Shown here: positions 39,217-52,062 of the stretch, one piece after another
How positions within the stretch are numbered: position 1 is the stretch's first letter
Layout of the letters: each line of letters begins with the position of its first letter
DNA from: Rhodanobacter sp.
GTDB taxonomy: Bacteria > Pseudomonadota > Gammaproteobacteria > Xanthomonadales > Rhodanobacteraceae
DNA length: 64,000 bases
Reading direction: 5' to 3'
Assembly: GCA_036833615.1 (NCBI GenBank)
Contig: DAITPL010000004.1
Span: 1,825 to 65,824 of the forward strand
Made by a program: the position numbers and the translations under genes
Notes under the pieces: generated by a model
The model's input: only the letters and a program-made list of their open reading frames with translations
Told to the model about the DNA's origin: nothing
The model's database searches: none

Positions 39217-40146
39217 ATGCAAATCATACTTGTTTCGCGCACTGGCCGGTTGCCTCGCACGTTTGACCTGGGCAATCGGCATATGCGCTGGAAGTTGCTG
39301 GCGGCGGCGGCGCTGATGGTGTTCGGTTGTGTGCTGGTCGGCGTCGCGCTGGCGCTGACGATTGCCAGCCCGCAGCAACGGGCACTGGCCGAAGTAGGCC
39401 GCCTGCAGCAGCAGATGCAGCAGCAGGCCGCACAGTTGCGAACGGTGCGCGCCGACGCGCAGCACGACCTGGATGCGCTGGCCATCAAACTCGGGCAATT
39501 GCAGGCGCAGTCGACGCGACTGAACGCGCTGGGTGAACGTCTGGCGCAGGTCGGCAAGCTCGATGCGAGTGAATTCAACTTCGACCAGGTGCCGGCCATG
39601 GGCGGGCCGGAAGATGCGGCGGCCGGTGAGTACGCACTACCGGTGACCCTGGACCGCAGCATTGGCGAGCTGGCGCACCAATTCGACCGGCAGCAGACGC
39701 AACTCACGGCGCTGCAAAGCCTGTTGCTGGATGCGCGCATCGACGCCGCCTTGAAGCCGGCAGGAATGCCCGTGCAAGGTTATATTTCATCCTATTTCGG
39801 TACCCGCCCCGATCCGTTTGACGGGCGAAGTGCACGTCATGCCGGGATCGACATTGCGACTTCGTTCGGCACACCGGTGCATGTGGTGGCCGAAGGCATG
39901 GTGACGTTCGCGGGTCGGCGCGGTGGTTATGGCAACGTGGTCGAGGTGGATCACGGCAATGGTTACATGACGCGTTACGCACACAACCGGACGCTGGATG
40001 TGCATGCTGGACAGCATGTCCAGGCTGGCGACGTCATCGCGCAAGCGGGCTCTACCGGTCGCTCGACCGGCGCGCATGTGCATTTCGAGGTGTGGCGTGA
40101 TGGTCGGGTGTTGAATCCGCTCGCATTTGTGCACAACCGGCGCTGA
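39217..40146 (+). CDS. M23 family metallopeptidase with TM helix and coiled coil
   Basis: MQIILVS start, ISSYFGTRPDPF, HAGID (HxxxD), YAH, GSTGRSTGAHVHFEV (HxH). Confidence 0.9.
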   Translation: MQIILVSRTGRLPRTFDLGNRHMRWKLLAAAALMVFGCVLVGVALALTIASPQQRALAEVGRLQQQMQQQAAQLRTVRADAQHDLDALAIKLGQLQAQSTRLNALGERLAQVGKLDASEFNFDQVPAMGGPEDAAAGEYALPVTLDRSIGELAHQFDRQQTQLTALQSLLLDARIDAALKPAGMPVQGYISSYFGTRPDPFDGRSARHAGIDIATSFGTPVHVVAEGMVTFAGRRGGYGNVVEVDHGNGYMTRYAHNRTLDVHAGQHVQAGDVIAQAGSTGRSTGAHVHFEVWRDGRVLNPLAFVHNRR

Positions 40147-40414
40147 TCTTTTTCGCCTGGGGCCTTGAAACGGCTGTTCCCGGGCATCATTCCTTGCTCG
40201 CGCGGGACGCTGGCGTACACAGCGATGTGGAAGCCAAGCCGGGCCGACGAGCGGGCGGCTGTTGAAATCTGCTGCTGCAGTCGCCTGCGGTCACCCGTGG
40301 CTGGATCACGCGCGAATCCCGCGGCGGATTTGCCGTGGCTGGAAACCGCGTGTAGTAACATGCCCGATTGGCTCGCGTCAGTTGCGGGCGTTCTGTTCCC
40401 TATCCGGAAGACCG

Positions 40415-43153
<2,739 letters not shown>

Positions 43154-43201
43154 GCAACGGGCGAAGACCGCGCTTGCTGTCGCGGGTGATGTGCCGGTCT
43201 G

Positions 43202-44053
43202 TCAGTCGGAGCCGCCAGGCTGATGCTGGCGACCTGGTTGCGCATCGACGCTGATATAGCGTGGCTCGGCAGTATCCAGTTGCAGTGCAGTGAGCTGTCC
43301 GCCCCACACGCAACCGGTGTCGATCGCGTGCACGCCGCAGCCGACAAAGCGCCCGAGGGTCGACCAGTGGCCGCAGACAATGCGCAGCCTGCGCTGGCGT
43401 ACGCCGGGCACTGAAAACCACGGATACAATCCGGGCTTTTGGGTGCCTGGCGTGCCCTTGGCATCGAAATCAATCCGCCCGTTGACGTCGCAATAGCGCA
43501 TCCGCGTGAGCATGTTGATGGTTGCGCGCTGCCGCTCCAGTCCCTGCAAGCGGTTGGACCATGTGGCGGGACGATTGCCGAACAGATTGCGCAGCAGCTT
43601 GGGGTGGCGCGGGCTGGACAACTCGCGTTCCACCTCCCGCGCGGCCTCCTGCGCCTGGCGCAGCGTCCACGCTGGCGCGAGACCGGCGTGGATCATGGTC
43701 CAGTTCAGTGCCACGTCGTGATGCAGCAGCTTTTGCGAACGCAGCCACTCAAACAGCACAGGCGCGTCCTCGGCAAACAACACCTCACGCAATTCCGGGT
43801 TGACGCGCGCCTGCGCCTCGGGGCGGCGTTGTGCGATCGACAGCAGGCTGAGGTCGTGGTTGCCCAGGGTAATGATGCAGTTGTCGCGCAAGCTGTGGAT
43901 CAGTCGCAGCGTCAGCAGCGACTCGCCGCCCCGGTTGACCAGATCGCCGCAAAACCACAGCTGATCGCAGGCCGGGTCAAACCGCAGCTTTTCCAGCAGT
44001 CGCTGCAGCTCCGGATAACAACCCTGCACGTCGCCGATTGCATACGTAGCCAT
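43202..44053 (-). CDS. apaH: Symmetrical bis(5'-nucleosyl)-tetraphosphatase
   Basis: YAIGDVQGC, GDLVNRG, LGNHD, HAG, GHWS, DTGCVWGG. Confidence 0.96.
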   Translation of the reverse strand: MATYAIGDVQGCYPELQRLLEKLRFDPACDQLWFCGDLVNRGGESLLTLRLIHSLRDNCIITLGNHDLSLLSIAQRRPEAQARVNPELREVLFAEDAPVLFEWLRSQKLLHHDVALNWTMIHAGLAPAWTLRQAQEAAREVERELSSPRHPKLLRNLFGNRPATWSNRLQGLERQRATINMLTRMRYCDVNGRIDFDAKGTPGTQKPGLYPWFSVPGVRQRRLRIVCGHWSTLGRFVGCGVHAIDTGCVWGGQLTALQLDTAEPRYISVDAQPGRQHQPGGSD

Positions 44054-44068
44054 GTCAGCGCACGGCCA

Positions 44069-44452
44069 TCAATGCAGCGTGCGCGGGACGGACAGGGTAA
44101 ACGTGGGGATCGGCGCCTCGAAGTGCGTGCCGTCATCGGCCAGCATCTGGTAGCTGCCACCCATGGTGCCGACCGAGGTTTCCAGCACCGCGCCGGAGGT
44201 GTACTCGAAGTCGTCGCCCGGCCGCATCCACGGCTGTTCGCCAGTGACGCCGTCGCCGCGCACTTCCTGGACCTTGCCGTTGGCGTCGGTGATCACCCAG
44301 TGACGCGTGAGCAGGCGTGCCGGCATCTCACCGGCGTTGCGCAGCGTGACGGTGTAGGCGAACACAAAACGGTTGGCTTGCGGTTTCGATTGGTCAGGCA
44401 CGAAGCGGGATTGGACCTGCACTTCAATCGTGTAGGCGGATTTTTCAGTCAT
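44069..44452 (-). CDS. apaG: ApaG protein
   Basis: [42 protein letters not shown]. Confidence 0.96.
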   Translation of the reverse strand: MTEKSAYTIEVQVQSRFVPDQSKPQANRFVFAYTVTLRNAGEMPARLLTRHWVITDANGKVQEVRGDGVTGEQPWMRPGDDFEYTSGAVLETSVGTMGGSYQMLADDGTHFEAPIPTFTLSVPRTLH

Positions 44453-44651
44453 GCGTGGATTGTACGGCTTGTACCGCTCGACCGCGCGTCCACCAGGGTC
44501 GGTGCGCGTCACCCCGGCGCGTGGGTGGCAGAAACGCCAGCGGCTGCGGGTTCAGCATCTTCGGCTTTCCCGCGCCGCCGTTCGGCCATGACCATTGCGG
44601 ATTGCAAACCGTCACGACAACCTCAACGCGACTTGCATCGCCGGGTGATTT

Positions 44652-45473
44652 CTACGACTCCTGCCCCCGGGTCGCAGGCGGTGTGCGCCGGCGCGCGGCG
44701 AGCGCCCGGGCCAGGCGCACAAACGCGGCCGGAGCGAGAGTTTCTGCACGCGCGCGCGGATCGACGTCGGCGCTGCGGATCGCCTCGCTGTCGAGCAATT
44801 GGCTGAGCGCGTTGGCCAGTGTCTTGCGCCGCTGGCCAAAGGCCGCCTTGACTACGGCGTGAACGTCCTGCGCTGGCGCGTCGTGGCGTTCGTGTGCGCG
44901 CAGTGGTACCAACCGCACCACCGAAGAATCCACCTTTGGCGGTGGCCGGAAGGCGCGCGCGGGTACGTCAAACAGCGGCTCGACGCGGCACGCCAGCTGC
45001 AGCATCACCGACAGTCGCCCGTAGATTTTGCTGCCTGGCATGGCCGCCATGCGTTCCACCACTTCCTTCTGCAGCATGAAGTGCATGTCCTCGATCACCG
45101 CCAGGTGGCTGATGCAGTGAAACAGGATCGGGCTGGAAATGTAGTACGGCAGATTGCCGACAAGACGCAGATGCGCCACGCCGTGGCTGTTTGCCAGCAT
45201 GGTGAGATCAACCTGCAGGATGTCGGCGTGGATGATGGCCAGTTCACCGACACCGACGGCACGGGCGTGCAACGCGGGGATCAGGTCGGTATCCAGTTCA
45301 ATGGCCGCGAGTTTTCCGGCGGCGTGCAACAGCGGCAGTGTCAGTGCACCTTCACCCGGGCCGATTTCCAGCATGAAGTCCTGCGGGCGTGGCGCTACTG
45401 CACGAACGATGCGCTCGATGTAACTGTGGTCGTGGAGGAAGTGCTGACCGAAGCTTTTCTTCGGTGCGGTCAT
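44652..45473 (-). CDS. rsmA: 16S rRNA A1518/A1519 dimethyltransferase
   Basis: KKSFGQHFL, EIGPGEG, GNLPYYISS, MLQKEV, FRPPPKVDS, QRRKTL. Confidence 0.96.
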   Translation of the reverse strand: MTAPKKSFGQHFLHDHSYIERIVRAVAPRPQDFMLEIGPGEGALTLPLLHAAGKLAAIELDTDLIPALHARAVGVGELAIIHADILQVDLTMLANSHGVAHLRLVGNLPYYISSPILFHCISHLAVIEDMHFMLQKEVVERMAAMPGSKIYGRLSVMLQLACRVEPLFDVPARAFRPPPKVDSSVVRLVPLRAHERHDAPAQDVHAVVKAAFGQRRKTLANALSQLLDSEAIRSADVDPRARAETLAPAAFVRLARALAARRRTPPATRGQES

Positions 45474-46555
45474 GGTGCGCAGTTGCGGCCGCGCGGCGGT
45501 TTGCCTTGCGCCGCGTCCACTGGCCTTTGCGTGTCGCCTGGCCACACCTTGGCGCTGGCACTCGCTGCATTGCCGCGGGCCAGCAGGTCCATGGCCATGT
45601 GCGTGGCAGCGAGCAGACTGGCCGGGTCGGCGGTGCCGCTGCCGGCCAGGTCCAGCGCGGTGCCGTGATCCACCGAGGTGCGGATGAACGGCAGGCCGAG
45701 GGTGAGATTGACGGTGCAGTCAAACGCCTCGCTCTTCAACACGGGCAGGGCCTGGTCGTGGTACATCGCCAGCACGGCGTCGTAGCGCTGGCGTTGCGCC
45801 GGGACGAATGCGGTGTCGGCCGGCAACGGGCCCAGCAGCTGCATGCCTTCGTCGCGCAACGCATCAAGGACGGGAATGATGGTGTCGATCTCCTCCCGGC
45901 CAAGGTGGCCGCCTTCGCCGGCGTGCGGGTTGAGTCCGAGCACGGCGATGCGTGGCGCGGCGAAGCCGAATTTCCGGCGCAACTCCGCGTGCACGATGCG
46001 CAGCACCCGGGTGAGCGTGCTCGCGGTAATGGCGGCTGGCACGGCGGCCAGTGGCAGATGCGTGGTCGCCAGCGCCACGCGCAAGGTCGGGCTGGCCAGC
46101 ATCATCACCACGTCGGCATGGGCGCGCTTGGCAAAGAACTCCGTATGCCCACTGAAGGGCACGCCGGCGTCGTTGATAGTGGCCTTCTGCAGCGGCGCGG
46201 TGACCATGGCGGCATAGCGTCCGTCCATGCAGCCATCGGCGGCAGTTGCCAGCGTCGCCAGTACGTGTCGCGCGTTGCGCGGGTCAGGCTGGCCAGGCAT
46301 TTCCGGCGTGGCCAACGCCACGTGACACACGCGCAACGTCCCCGGCGCGCGTTTACTGCTGGCAGTGCCATCATCGTCAACCAGGTTCACGCTGACGCCA
46401 CAGCGCACGGCGGCGCGCTGCAACAAAGCCCGGTCGGTGATCGCGATCAGCTCGGCCGCGACTGCAGTGCATGCCAGCCGGATCAACAGTTCAGGTCCCA
46501 CGCCGGCTGGTTCGCCGGCGGTGATCGCCAGTCGCGGCAGCGGGGTGTCGTTCAA
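45470..46555 (-). CDS. pdxA: 4-hydroxythreonine-4-phosphate dehydrogenase
   Basis: GEPAGVGPE, FSGHTE, LNPHAGE, PADT, MYHDQ, RTSVDHGTA; TTG start overlaps the surA stop. Confidence 0.95.
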   Translation of the reverse strand: MNDTPLPRLAITAGEPAGVGPELLIRLACTAVAAELIAITDRALLQRAAVRCGVSVNLVDDDGTASSKRAPGTLRVCHVALATPEMPGQPDPRNARHVLATLATAADGCMDGRYAAMVTAPLQKATINDAGVPFSGHTEFFAKRAHADVVMMLASPTLRVALATTHLPLAAVPAAITASTLTRVLRIVHAELRRKFGFAAPRIAVLGLNPHAGEGGHLGREEIDTIIPVLDALRDEGMQLLGPLPADTAFVPAQRQRYDAVLAMYHDQALPVLKSEAFDCTVNLTLGLPFIRTSVDHGTALDLAGSGTADPASLLAATHMAMDLLARGNAASASAKVWPGDTQRPVDAAQGKPPRGRNCAP

Positions 46556-47901
46556 TCCGTTTGCGGCGCGCTGGCGCTGGACGGTTGCCTGCTGGCGTCC
46601 TGCAATCCCGGCAACAGTACCCTGATGTAGGCGTTGGCGCGCAAGTCGCGCAGGAAGTCATCGTAGACCTGTTCCGCCTTGCGATTGCCGATGGATTGGC
46701 GCGCCTGATTGCGGGCGATCTCGTCGGTAAGGTCACTCTGCCGCGTACCCAGGCGTTGCACGATGTGCCAGCCAGCTCCAGTCTGCAGCGGTGGCGAGAC
46801 TTCGTTGTCCTTGAGCTCGACCAGCGCCTTGCCGATGGCCGTGCCCCACGTGTTCTGCTGGAACCAACCCATGTCGCCGCCGGCGTTCGCCGTGGTGTCG
46901 TCCTTGGAATCGGCCTTTGCCAACTTGGCGAAATCCTCGTGCTTGTTGACGATCCGGTCGTAGAGATCCCGGGCTTTCTGCTCGGCTTGCGCGGGCGTGA
47001 CCAACTCGGAGGGTTTGATCAGGATCTGTCGCGCGTGGAACTCGGTGACCAGCTGCTGGCCAGGTTGGCGTTGTCCGAACAGTTTGAGGATATGGAAGCC
47101 GGTAGGACCGCGCAGCGGTGGGCTGACCTCGCCCGCCTGCATGTTGGCAACCGCATCGGCAAATGCCGGTGGTACCTCGTCCAGCCGGCGCCAGCCGAGA
47201 TCTCCGCCGTCGAGTGCATCGGGCGCATCGGAGTAGCGGATTGCCGCGGCATTGAAATCCATGCCGCCCTTGATGGCAGTCTCGGCCTGCTCGGCCTTGG
47301 CCTGGCTGGCCTGGATCGCTGCCGCGTCGGCACCGCCGGGGATACTGATCTGGATGTGCCCGAGGTGAACTTCACCCGCCTTGTAGGTGGGGCTTTGCAA
47401 CAGGTTGTCGATCTCGCTGTCAGTGACGGACACAGAATCATGGACGACACTTTCGTGCAGGCGCTGCACGGTAATCTGGTCGGCCAGTTGCTGACGGAAT
47501 TCCGCAAAACTGCCGGTGCGCTCCACTTCCGCGCGCAGCTGTTCCGGCGTGATCTTGTTCTGCTGGGCCACGACATTGACAGCCTGGCCAACATCGGCGT
47601 CGGAAACGTGAATGCCCTGATCCAGGGCTTTTTGTACCTGCAGGCGCATCATGATCAGGCGATCGAGCACCTGCTTTTGCAATACGTCGGGCGGCGGCAA
47701 TTGCTCCGGATGCCCGGCGTACTGTTGCTGTACCGAGCGCACCGCGTCGTTCAACTCGCTTTGCAGGATGACGTCGTCATTGGCGACCGCGACAATGCGG
47801 TCCAGCGGCTGGCTGGCGGGAGCCGCGGGCGTCAACAGTTGCGCGTGCGCGGAAAAAGTGATCGCGCCAGCGATCAGAAGGAGTGCGATGGATCGCTTCA
47901 T
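46552..47901 (-). CDS. surA: Periplasmic chaperone/PPIase SurA
   Basis: Signal peptide, LDRIVAVANDDVIL, two parvulin domains (GGDLGW, GFHI; HARQIL, GGDMGW). Confidence 0.95.
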   Translation of the reverse strand: MKRSIALLLIAGAITFSAHAQLLTPAAPASQPLDRIVAVANDDVILQSELNDAVRSVQQQYAGHPEQLPPPDVLQKQVLDRLIMMRLQVQKALDQGIHVSDADVGQAVNVVAQQNKITPEQLRAEVERTGSFAEFRQQLADQITVQRLHESVVHDSVSVTDSEIDNLLQSPTYKAGEVHLGHIQISIPGGADAAAIQASQAKAEQAETAIKGGMDFNAAAIRYSDAPDALDGGDLGWRRLDEVPPAFADAVANMQAGEVSPPLRGPTGFHILKLFGQRQPGQQLVTEFHARQILIKPSELVTPAQAEQKARDLYDRIVNKHEDFAKLAKADSKDDTTANAGGDMGWFQQNTWGTAIGKALVELKDNEVSPPLQTGAGWHIVQRLGTRQSDLTDEIARNQARQSIGNRKAEQVYDDFLRDLRANAYIRVLLPGLQDASRQPSSASAPQTD

Positions 47902-47935
47902 CAAGGGAAAGCCTGTATCGGCGGGGCGAGTACGG

Positions 47936-50314
47936 TTATTGATAACCCAGAATATCACGGTGCAAAAGTGGCTCCACCTGGCCACCGGTGGAACCCAGTC
48001 CCTTGAACACGATTTCAAACAGGATGGCGTTGTCACGTTGGTCCAGACCGGCCCGGTTCGAGACCGCCGCAAGACCGAAGTTGCCCTGGTTGACGTAGCT
48101 GCGCGCCACCAACCGCAAAGAGATGCAGCAGCTGTCGAATTGCACGCCGGCCAGCGCCTCGAGCATGCGTCCGTCCGGCACCGACCAAGCTGCCGAGCCC
48201 ACCAGGCGCCAGCGTGCGGACAGCGGATAGACAGCCGATGCGCTGTATTGTTCCAGCAAGGCGCGCCGGTAACGGTAAGCGAAGTTGACGATGCCGTCCT
48301 CGCCCACCCGGCGCTGCAGTTCCAGCGTGCCCATTTCATTCTGGTGCGTGTTCGGGCTCCACTGATAGGCGCTGTTCAAGCGCCACTGGTCACTGAGTTG
48401 TGCGCTGAGTTGTGCCACATAGCTGGAGCCGGACCAATCGGTACCCAGCACGCGTTGCGGCGTGAAATAGCGGATCTGGCCAATGCTCGCTGACAGCCGC
48501 TCGACGCCGTTTTCGTCGAGCAGACGCGAAGTGACCGCCGCCGTCAGGTTGTTTGCGTCCATTTGCCGGTCGGCGCCGGAAAACCGGTTGGGGGAAAACA
48601 GCTGCCAATAGTCGAACGACATCAGCTTGGTATTGAACAACGGCAGATTGGACTGGTCGCGGTACGGCACGTACAGGTAATACAGCCGCGGCTCCAGAGT
48701 CTGCGTGTAACTGTGGCCGAACAGCGCAGTGCTGCGATCAAACACCAACCCGCTGTCGACGCTGACGATGGGCAATGCACGGCTTGGCGACTGCTCCGTG
48801 AACGGCGAAGTGGCTCCGGTCCTCAGCAATCCGGCAAAGCCGTACCGGGAGGGATCGCCGTTGAGCTGGTAAGCGGTGTAGCGGTAGGCCAGCTTCGGGC
48901 GGACAAACCAGGCGGAGGTGCCGAAACTCGCACTGAGATACGGGTACAGCTCCTCCCGCTGACCTTCGATGAACCCGGGTTTGCGAAACGCGACCGCTTC
49001 GCTGTCCATGCCCGCTTCCAGCCAGCGCGACAGCGGTATATCCGCATTGAACGTCACGTATGGCAGTTGCCGATAAGGCAGCGCGCGGTCGGTGCGGAAC
49101 GGATTGGTGTTCTGGTAGGCCATACCGCCAACTGCCGTGTCCCACCAAGTGCCGCTGCCGGTCACCGCCAGCGACGAGGCCAGCGTATGGACCGTTGGAC
49201 TCAGGCTGTTGTCGGCAAAGTCGTACAGGTAACTGCTGTCCGATCGGCGGTTGATCGAGGTACGCAAGCGCCATCGATCCCACAGGCGGGTGGTGTCGGA
49301 GAAGTTGATCAAATAGCGGTGGGTGTCCACGGTATCGGCCAAGGCGCTGGGCGTGCCGTGGTCGCGCGGCACGTATTGCACATTGAGCTGACCGCTGCTG
49401 CCGGGTACGAGATAGCGGAACTCACCGCCCAGCATGGGGCCGCGCAGGCTGTACAGGCGCGGGTCAAGGGTCGCGTCGTAATTCGGTGCCAGGTTGAGAT
49501 AATACGGCGTGCTGAGCTGGAAGCCGGAGCGGCTGGTACGACCGATGGTCGGGTACAGAAAGCCGCTTTTGCGCCGGTCGTCCAGCGGGAAGCTGAAGTA
49601 GGGCAGGTACAGGAACGGTACGTTGCCCAGCCGCATCGTCGCATGGTGCGCCACGCCTACCCCGGTGTTCTTGTCGAGCGTGATCGAGCGGGCACGGAAT
49701 TCCCATACATGGTGGCCGACATCGCACGTCGAATAGGTGGCCATCGAGTAGCGCGAACGTTGCGCGTCCAGCAGCTGTCCTTGTTTGGCCACGCCATTGC
49801 CGCGCGCCTCCAGCATTTGATAGCGCACATCGTCGGCCGTACCGTGGCTGGCCGCGGTGTTGCCGCGCATGTGTGAGGCGGCCAGCAACTGGCCGGCTTC
49901 CTGATAACGCACGTTGCCGCGCGCGTCGTAATCCGTGGTCCGGTCGTCGTAGTCGATGCTGTCGGCTTGCAGTTGCTGATCGGCGCGTCGCAGCTGCACG
50001 TTGCCGGACAAGTGGTAGACGGTCTGGTTCGAGCTGTCCACGTGTGCGGACTGCACCTGCGCCGCGCTGGTGTCGCGTCGGCTGGAATCCTTGTCCAGCG
50101 TCGGGTCGTAGAACTCCAGCAGCGCATTGGGCCGGCACATGGCGTAGTTGGGCGGTCGTGGTGCGCAGTGGAACGTGCCGAGTGGGCAGGCTGCGGCGCT
50201 GGCGGACGCATTGGTGGCTGCGCTGCTGGCCGCGTCAGCCCCGGCTGGCGCGCCAACCAGGGCCAGCGCTGCGGCGATTGCGAGCAGGCGGCGAGGAGGA
50301 AACTTGGATGTCAC
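47936..50314 (-). CDS. lptD: LPS assembly protein LptD
   Basis: YSTC, VPFLYLPY, RKSGFLYP, PYYLNLAPNYD, QTLEPRLYYLY, NRFSGADR, SCC, FKGLG. Confidence 0.95.
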   Translation of the reverse strand: MTSKFPPRRLLAIAAALALVGAPAGADAASSAATNASASAAACPLGTFHCAPRPPNYAMCRPNALLEFYDPTLDKDSSRRDTSAAQVQSAHVDSSNQTVYHLSGNVQLRRADQQLQADSIDYDDRTTDYDARGNVRYQEAGQLLAASHMRGNTAASHGTADDVRYQMLEARGNGVAKQGQLLDAQRSRYSMATYSTCDVGHHVWEFRARSITLDKNTGVGVAHHATMRLGNVPFLYLPYFSFPLDDRRKSGFLYPTIGRTSRSGFQLSTPYYLNLAPNYDATLDPRLYSLRGPMLGGEFRYLVPGSSGQLNVQYVPRDHGTPSALADTVDTHRYLINFSDTTRLWDRWRLRTSINRRSDSSYLYDFADNSLSPTVHTLASSLAVTGSGTWWDTAVGGMAYQNTNPFRTDRALPYRQLPYVTFNADIPLSRWLEAGMDSEAVAFRKPGFIEGQREELYPYLSASFGTSAWFVRPKLAYRYTAYQLNGDPSRYGFAGLLRTGATSPFTEQSPSRALPIVSVDSGLVFDRSTALFGHSYTQTLEPRLYYLYVPYRDQSNLPLFNTKLMSFDYWQLFSPNRFSGADRQMDANNLTAAVTSRLLDENGVERLSASIGQIRYFTPQRVLGTDWSGSSYVAQLSAQLSDQWRLNSAYQWSPNTHQNEMGTLELQRRVGEDGIVNFAYRYRRALLEQYSASAVYPLSARWRLVGSAAWSVPDGRMLEALAGVQFDSCCISLRLVARSYVNQGNFGLAAVSNRAGLDQRDNAILFEIVFKGLGSTGGQVEPLLHRDILGYQ

Positions 50315-50551
50315 TATGGAATTCGCTGACCTTGAAGGCTCGTTAAGCTAGCAGAAAGACCATGCATGCGGCAGGGACCGGGCCTGTTCACCGCGGCGCA
50401 GATTCAGGCTTGGTGGACAGCAAGCAGTGCCGCAGCCGATCTGTCGGGCACAACGTTCCGGCTGGAGACGCGTGCAAGCGCTGGTGGCGAATCGTGGTGT
50501 TGCAGGCGCGGGTACCGCCGGTTGTCGGCGGTGGCATTTGTGCAACGCGCG

Positions 50552-51472
50552 TCACTGCAGCAGTGCGCTGACATGGGCGCTCACGCTGTCCGCGAGCGCC
50601 GCCAGGTCGTAACCGCCTTCGAGTGTGGATACCAGCCGATCTTGCGCGTGGGCCCGCGCCAGCGCCACCAGCTGGGTGGTGATCCATGCGTAGTCTTCCC
50701 GATCCAGTTGCAGATCGGCCAGCGGGTCGCAACGATGGGCATCGAAGCCGGCGCTGATCAACACCAGTTGCGGCCGGAACGCGTACAGGCGCGGTAACAA
50801 CACCTCACTCCAGAGCGCGCGAAATGCGCACGAACCGGCGCCCGGTGCCAGCGTGCCGTTGACGATATTGCCCACGCCACATTCGTCCTCGCCGCCGGAG
50901 TAGGGATACAGCGGTGATTGGTGGCTGGAGGCGAACATGACGCGTGGCTCGCGCGCAAAAACGTCCTGTGTACCGTTGCCGTGATGCACGTCAAAATCGG
51001 CGATGGCGACCCGACTGAGCCCGAAGTGGGCCAGCGCGTGGGCGGCGCCCAGCGCCACGTTGTTGAACAGGCAAAAGCCCATTGCCTGCGTGCGGGTGGC
51101 GTGGTGACCGGGCGGTCGCACCGCGCAGAACGCCTTGTCGCAACGACCCTCGAGCACCGCGCCGACTGCGGCGATGACGGCGCCGGCAGCACGCAGCGCG
51201 GCTTCGGGCGATGCGGTGCAGAAAAAGGTGTCGGCATCCAGCATGCATTCGCCACAGTCTGCGGTGGCGGACAGGATGGCGTCAACGTGTGTTGCTGCAT
51301 GCACGCGCAGCAACTGTTCGCGCGTGGCGCACGGTGCCTCGACACGGTCAAGCGCGGCATAGCGATCATGGTCGAGCGCGCGCAACACTGCGACCAACCG
51401 TGCCGGACACTCGACATGCCCGGTAGCCGATTGGTGCTGCAGGCAGGCGGGGTGCGTATAAAGCCGCAGCAT
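50552..51472 (-). CDS. Zn-dependent histone deacetylase-family amidohydrolase
   Basis: HVECPARL, RPPGHHA, GFCLFNN, DFDVHHGNGTQ, SAGFDAH, LEGGY. Confidence 0.92.
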   Translation of the reverse strand: MLRLYTHPACLQHQSATGHVECPARLVAVLRALDHDRYAALDRVEAPCATREQLLRVHAATHVDAILSATADCGECMLDADTFFCTASPEAALRAAGAVIAAVGAVLEGRCDKAFCAVRPPGHHATRTQAMGFCLFNNVALGAAHALAHFGLSRVAIADFDVHHGNGTQDVFAREPRVMFASSHQSPLYPYSGGEDECGVGNIVNGTLAPGAGSCAFRALWSEVLLPRLYAFRPQLVLISAGFDAHRCDPLADLQLDREDYAWITTQLVALARAHAQDRLVSTLEGGYDLAALADSVSAHVSALLQ

Positions 51473-51480
51473 GGGCTGGC

Positions 51481-52053
51481 TCAGGTTGCGGGCTTGGGCC
51501 TGGGGCGGCGTTCGTGCTGCCACAGCACCTCGCCGTGGCCGCTTTCCCGCGCCAGCACCCGGCTGATCACGAACAGCAAGTCGGACAGCCGGTTGAGGTA
51601 ATGCTGTGGTTGCACGCGGATGGCTTCCTTGCGTGACAGCGCCACGACCGCGCGTTCCGCGCGACGGCATACGGTGCGTGCAAGGTGTCCGCAGGCTGCG
51701 GCCATGCCGCCACCGGGCAGGATGAATTCCTTCAGCGGTGGCAACGGTTCGTTCAACTCGTCGAGCACGGTTTCCAGGCGGGTAACGTCCGCGTCCTGCA
51801 CGGTTTCCATGCCCGGGATGCACAGCTCGCCACCCAAGTCGAACAAGTCGTGCTGCACCTGGGTCAGTGCCTCGCGCACGGGATCGGGTACGCCGTCCGC
51901 CGCCAACACCATGCCGATCGTGCAGTTGAGTTCGTCCACGGTACCGTACGCGGTGACACGCAACGAATCCTTGCCGGTGCGCGAACCATCGCCCAACCCG
52001 GTACTGCCGTCGTCACCGGTGCGGGTATAGATGCGGGAGAGTCGGTTGCCCAT
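51481..52053 (-). CDS. ATP:cob(I)alamin adenosyltransferase, PduO type
   Basis: IYTRTGDDGSTGL, YGTVDELN, LKEFILPGG, RTVCRRAER, YLNRLSDLLF. Confidence 0.93.
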   Translation of the reverse strand: MGNRLSRIYTRTGDDGSTGLGDGSRTGKDSLRVTAYGTVDELNCTIGMVLAADGVPDPVREALTQVQHDLFDLGGELCIPGMETVQDADVTRLETVLDELNEPLPPLKEFILPGGGMAAACGHLARTVCRRAERAVVALSRKEAIRVQPQHYLNRLSDLLFVISRVLARESGHGEVLWQHERRPRPKPAT

Positions 52054-52062
52054 GCTTGCCGA

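Noticed and set aside
38674..39740. Apparent long overlap between the extended dciA and M23 ORFs
   Set aside because: Recognisable protein sequence starts at 39191 (minus) and 39217 (plus); the extensions are shadows of each other.
40147..40414. SecM-like arrest peptide upstream of secA
   Set aside because: The small ORFs here lack a signal peptide, an RBS and any arrest motif I recognise.
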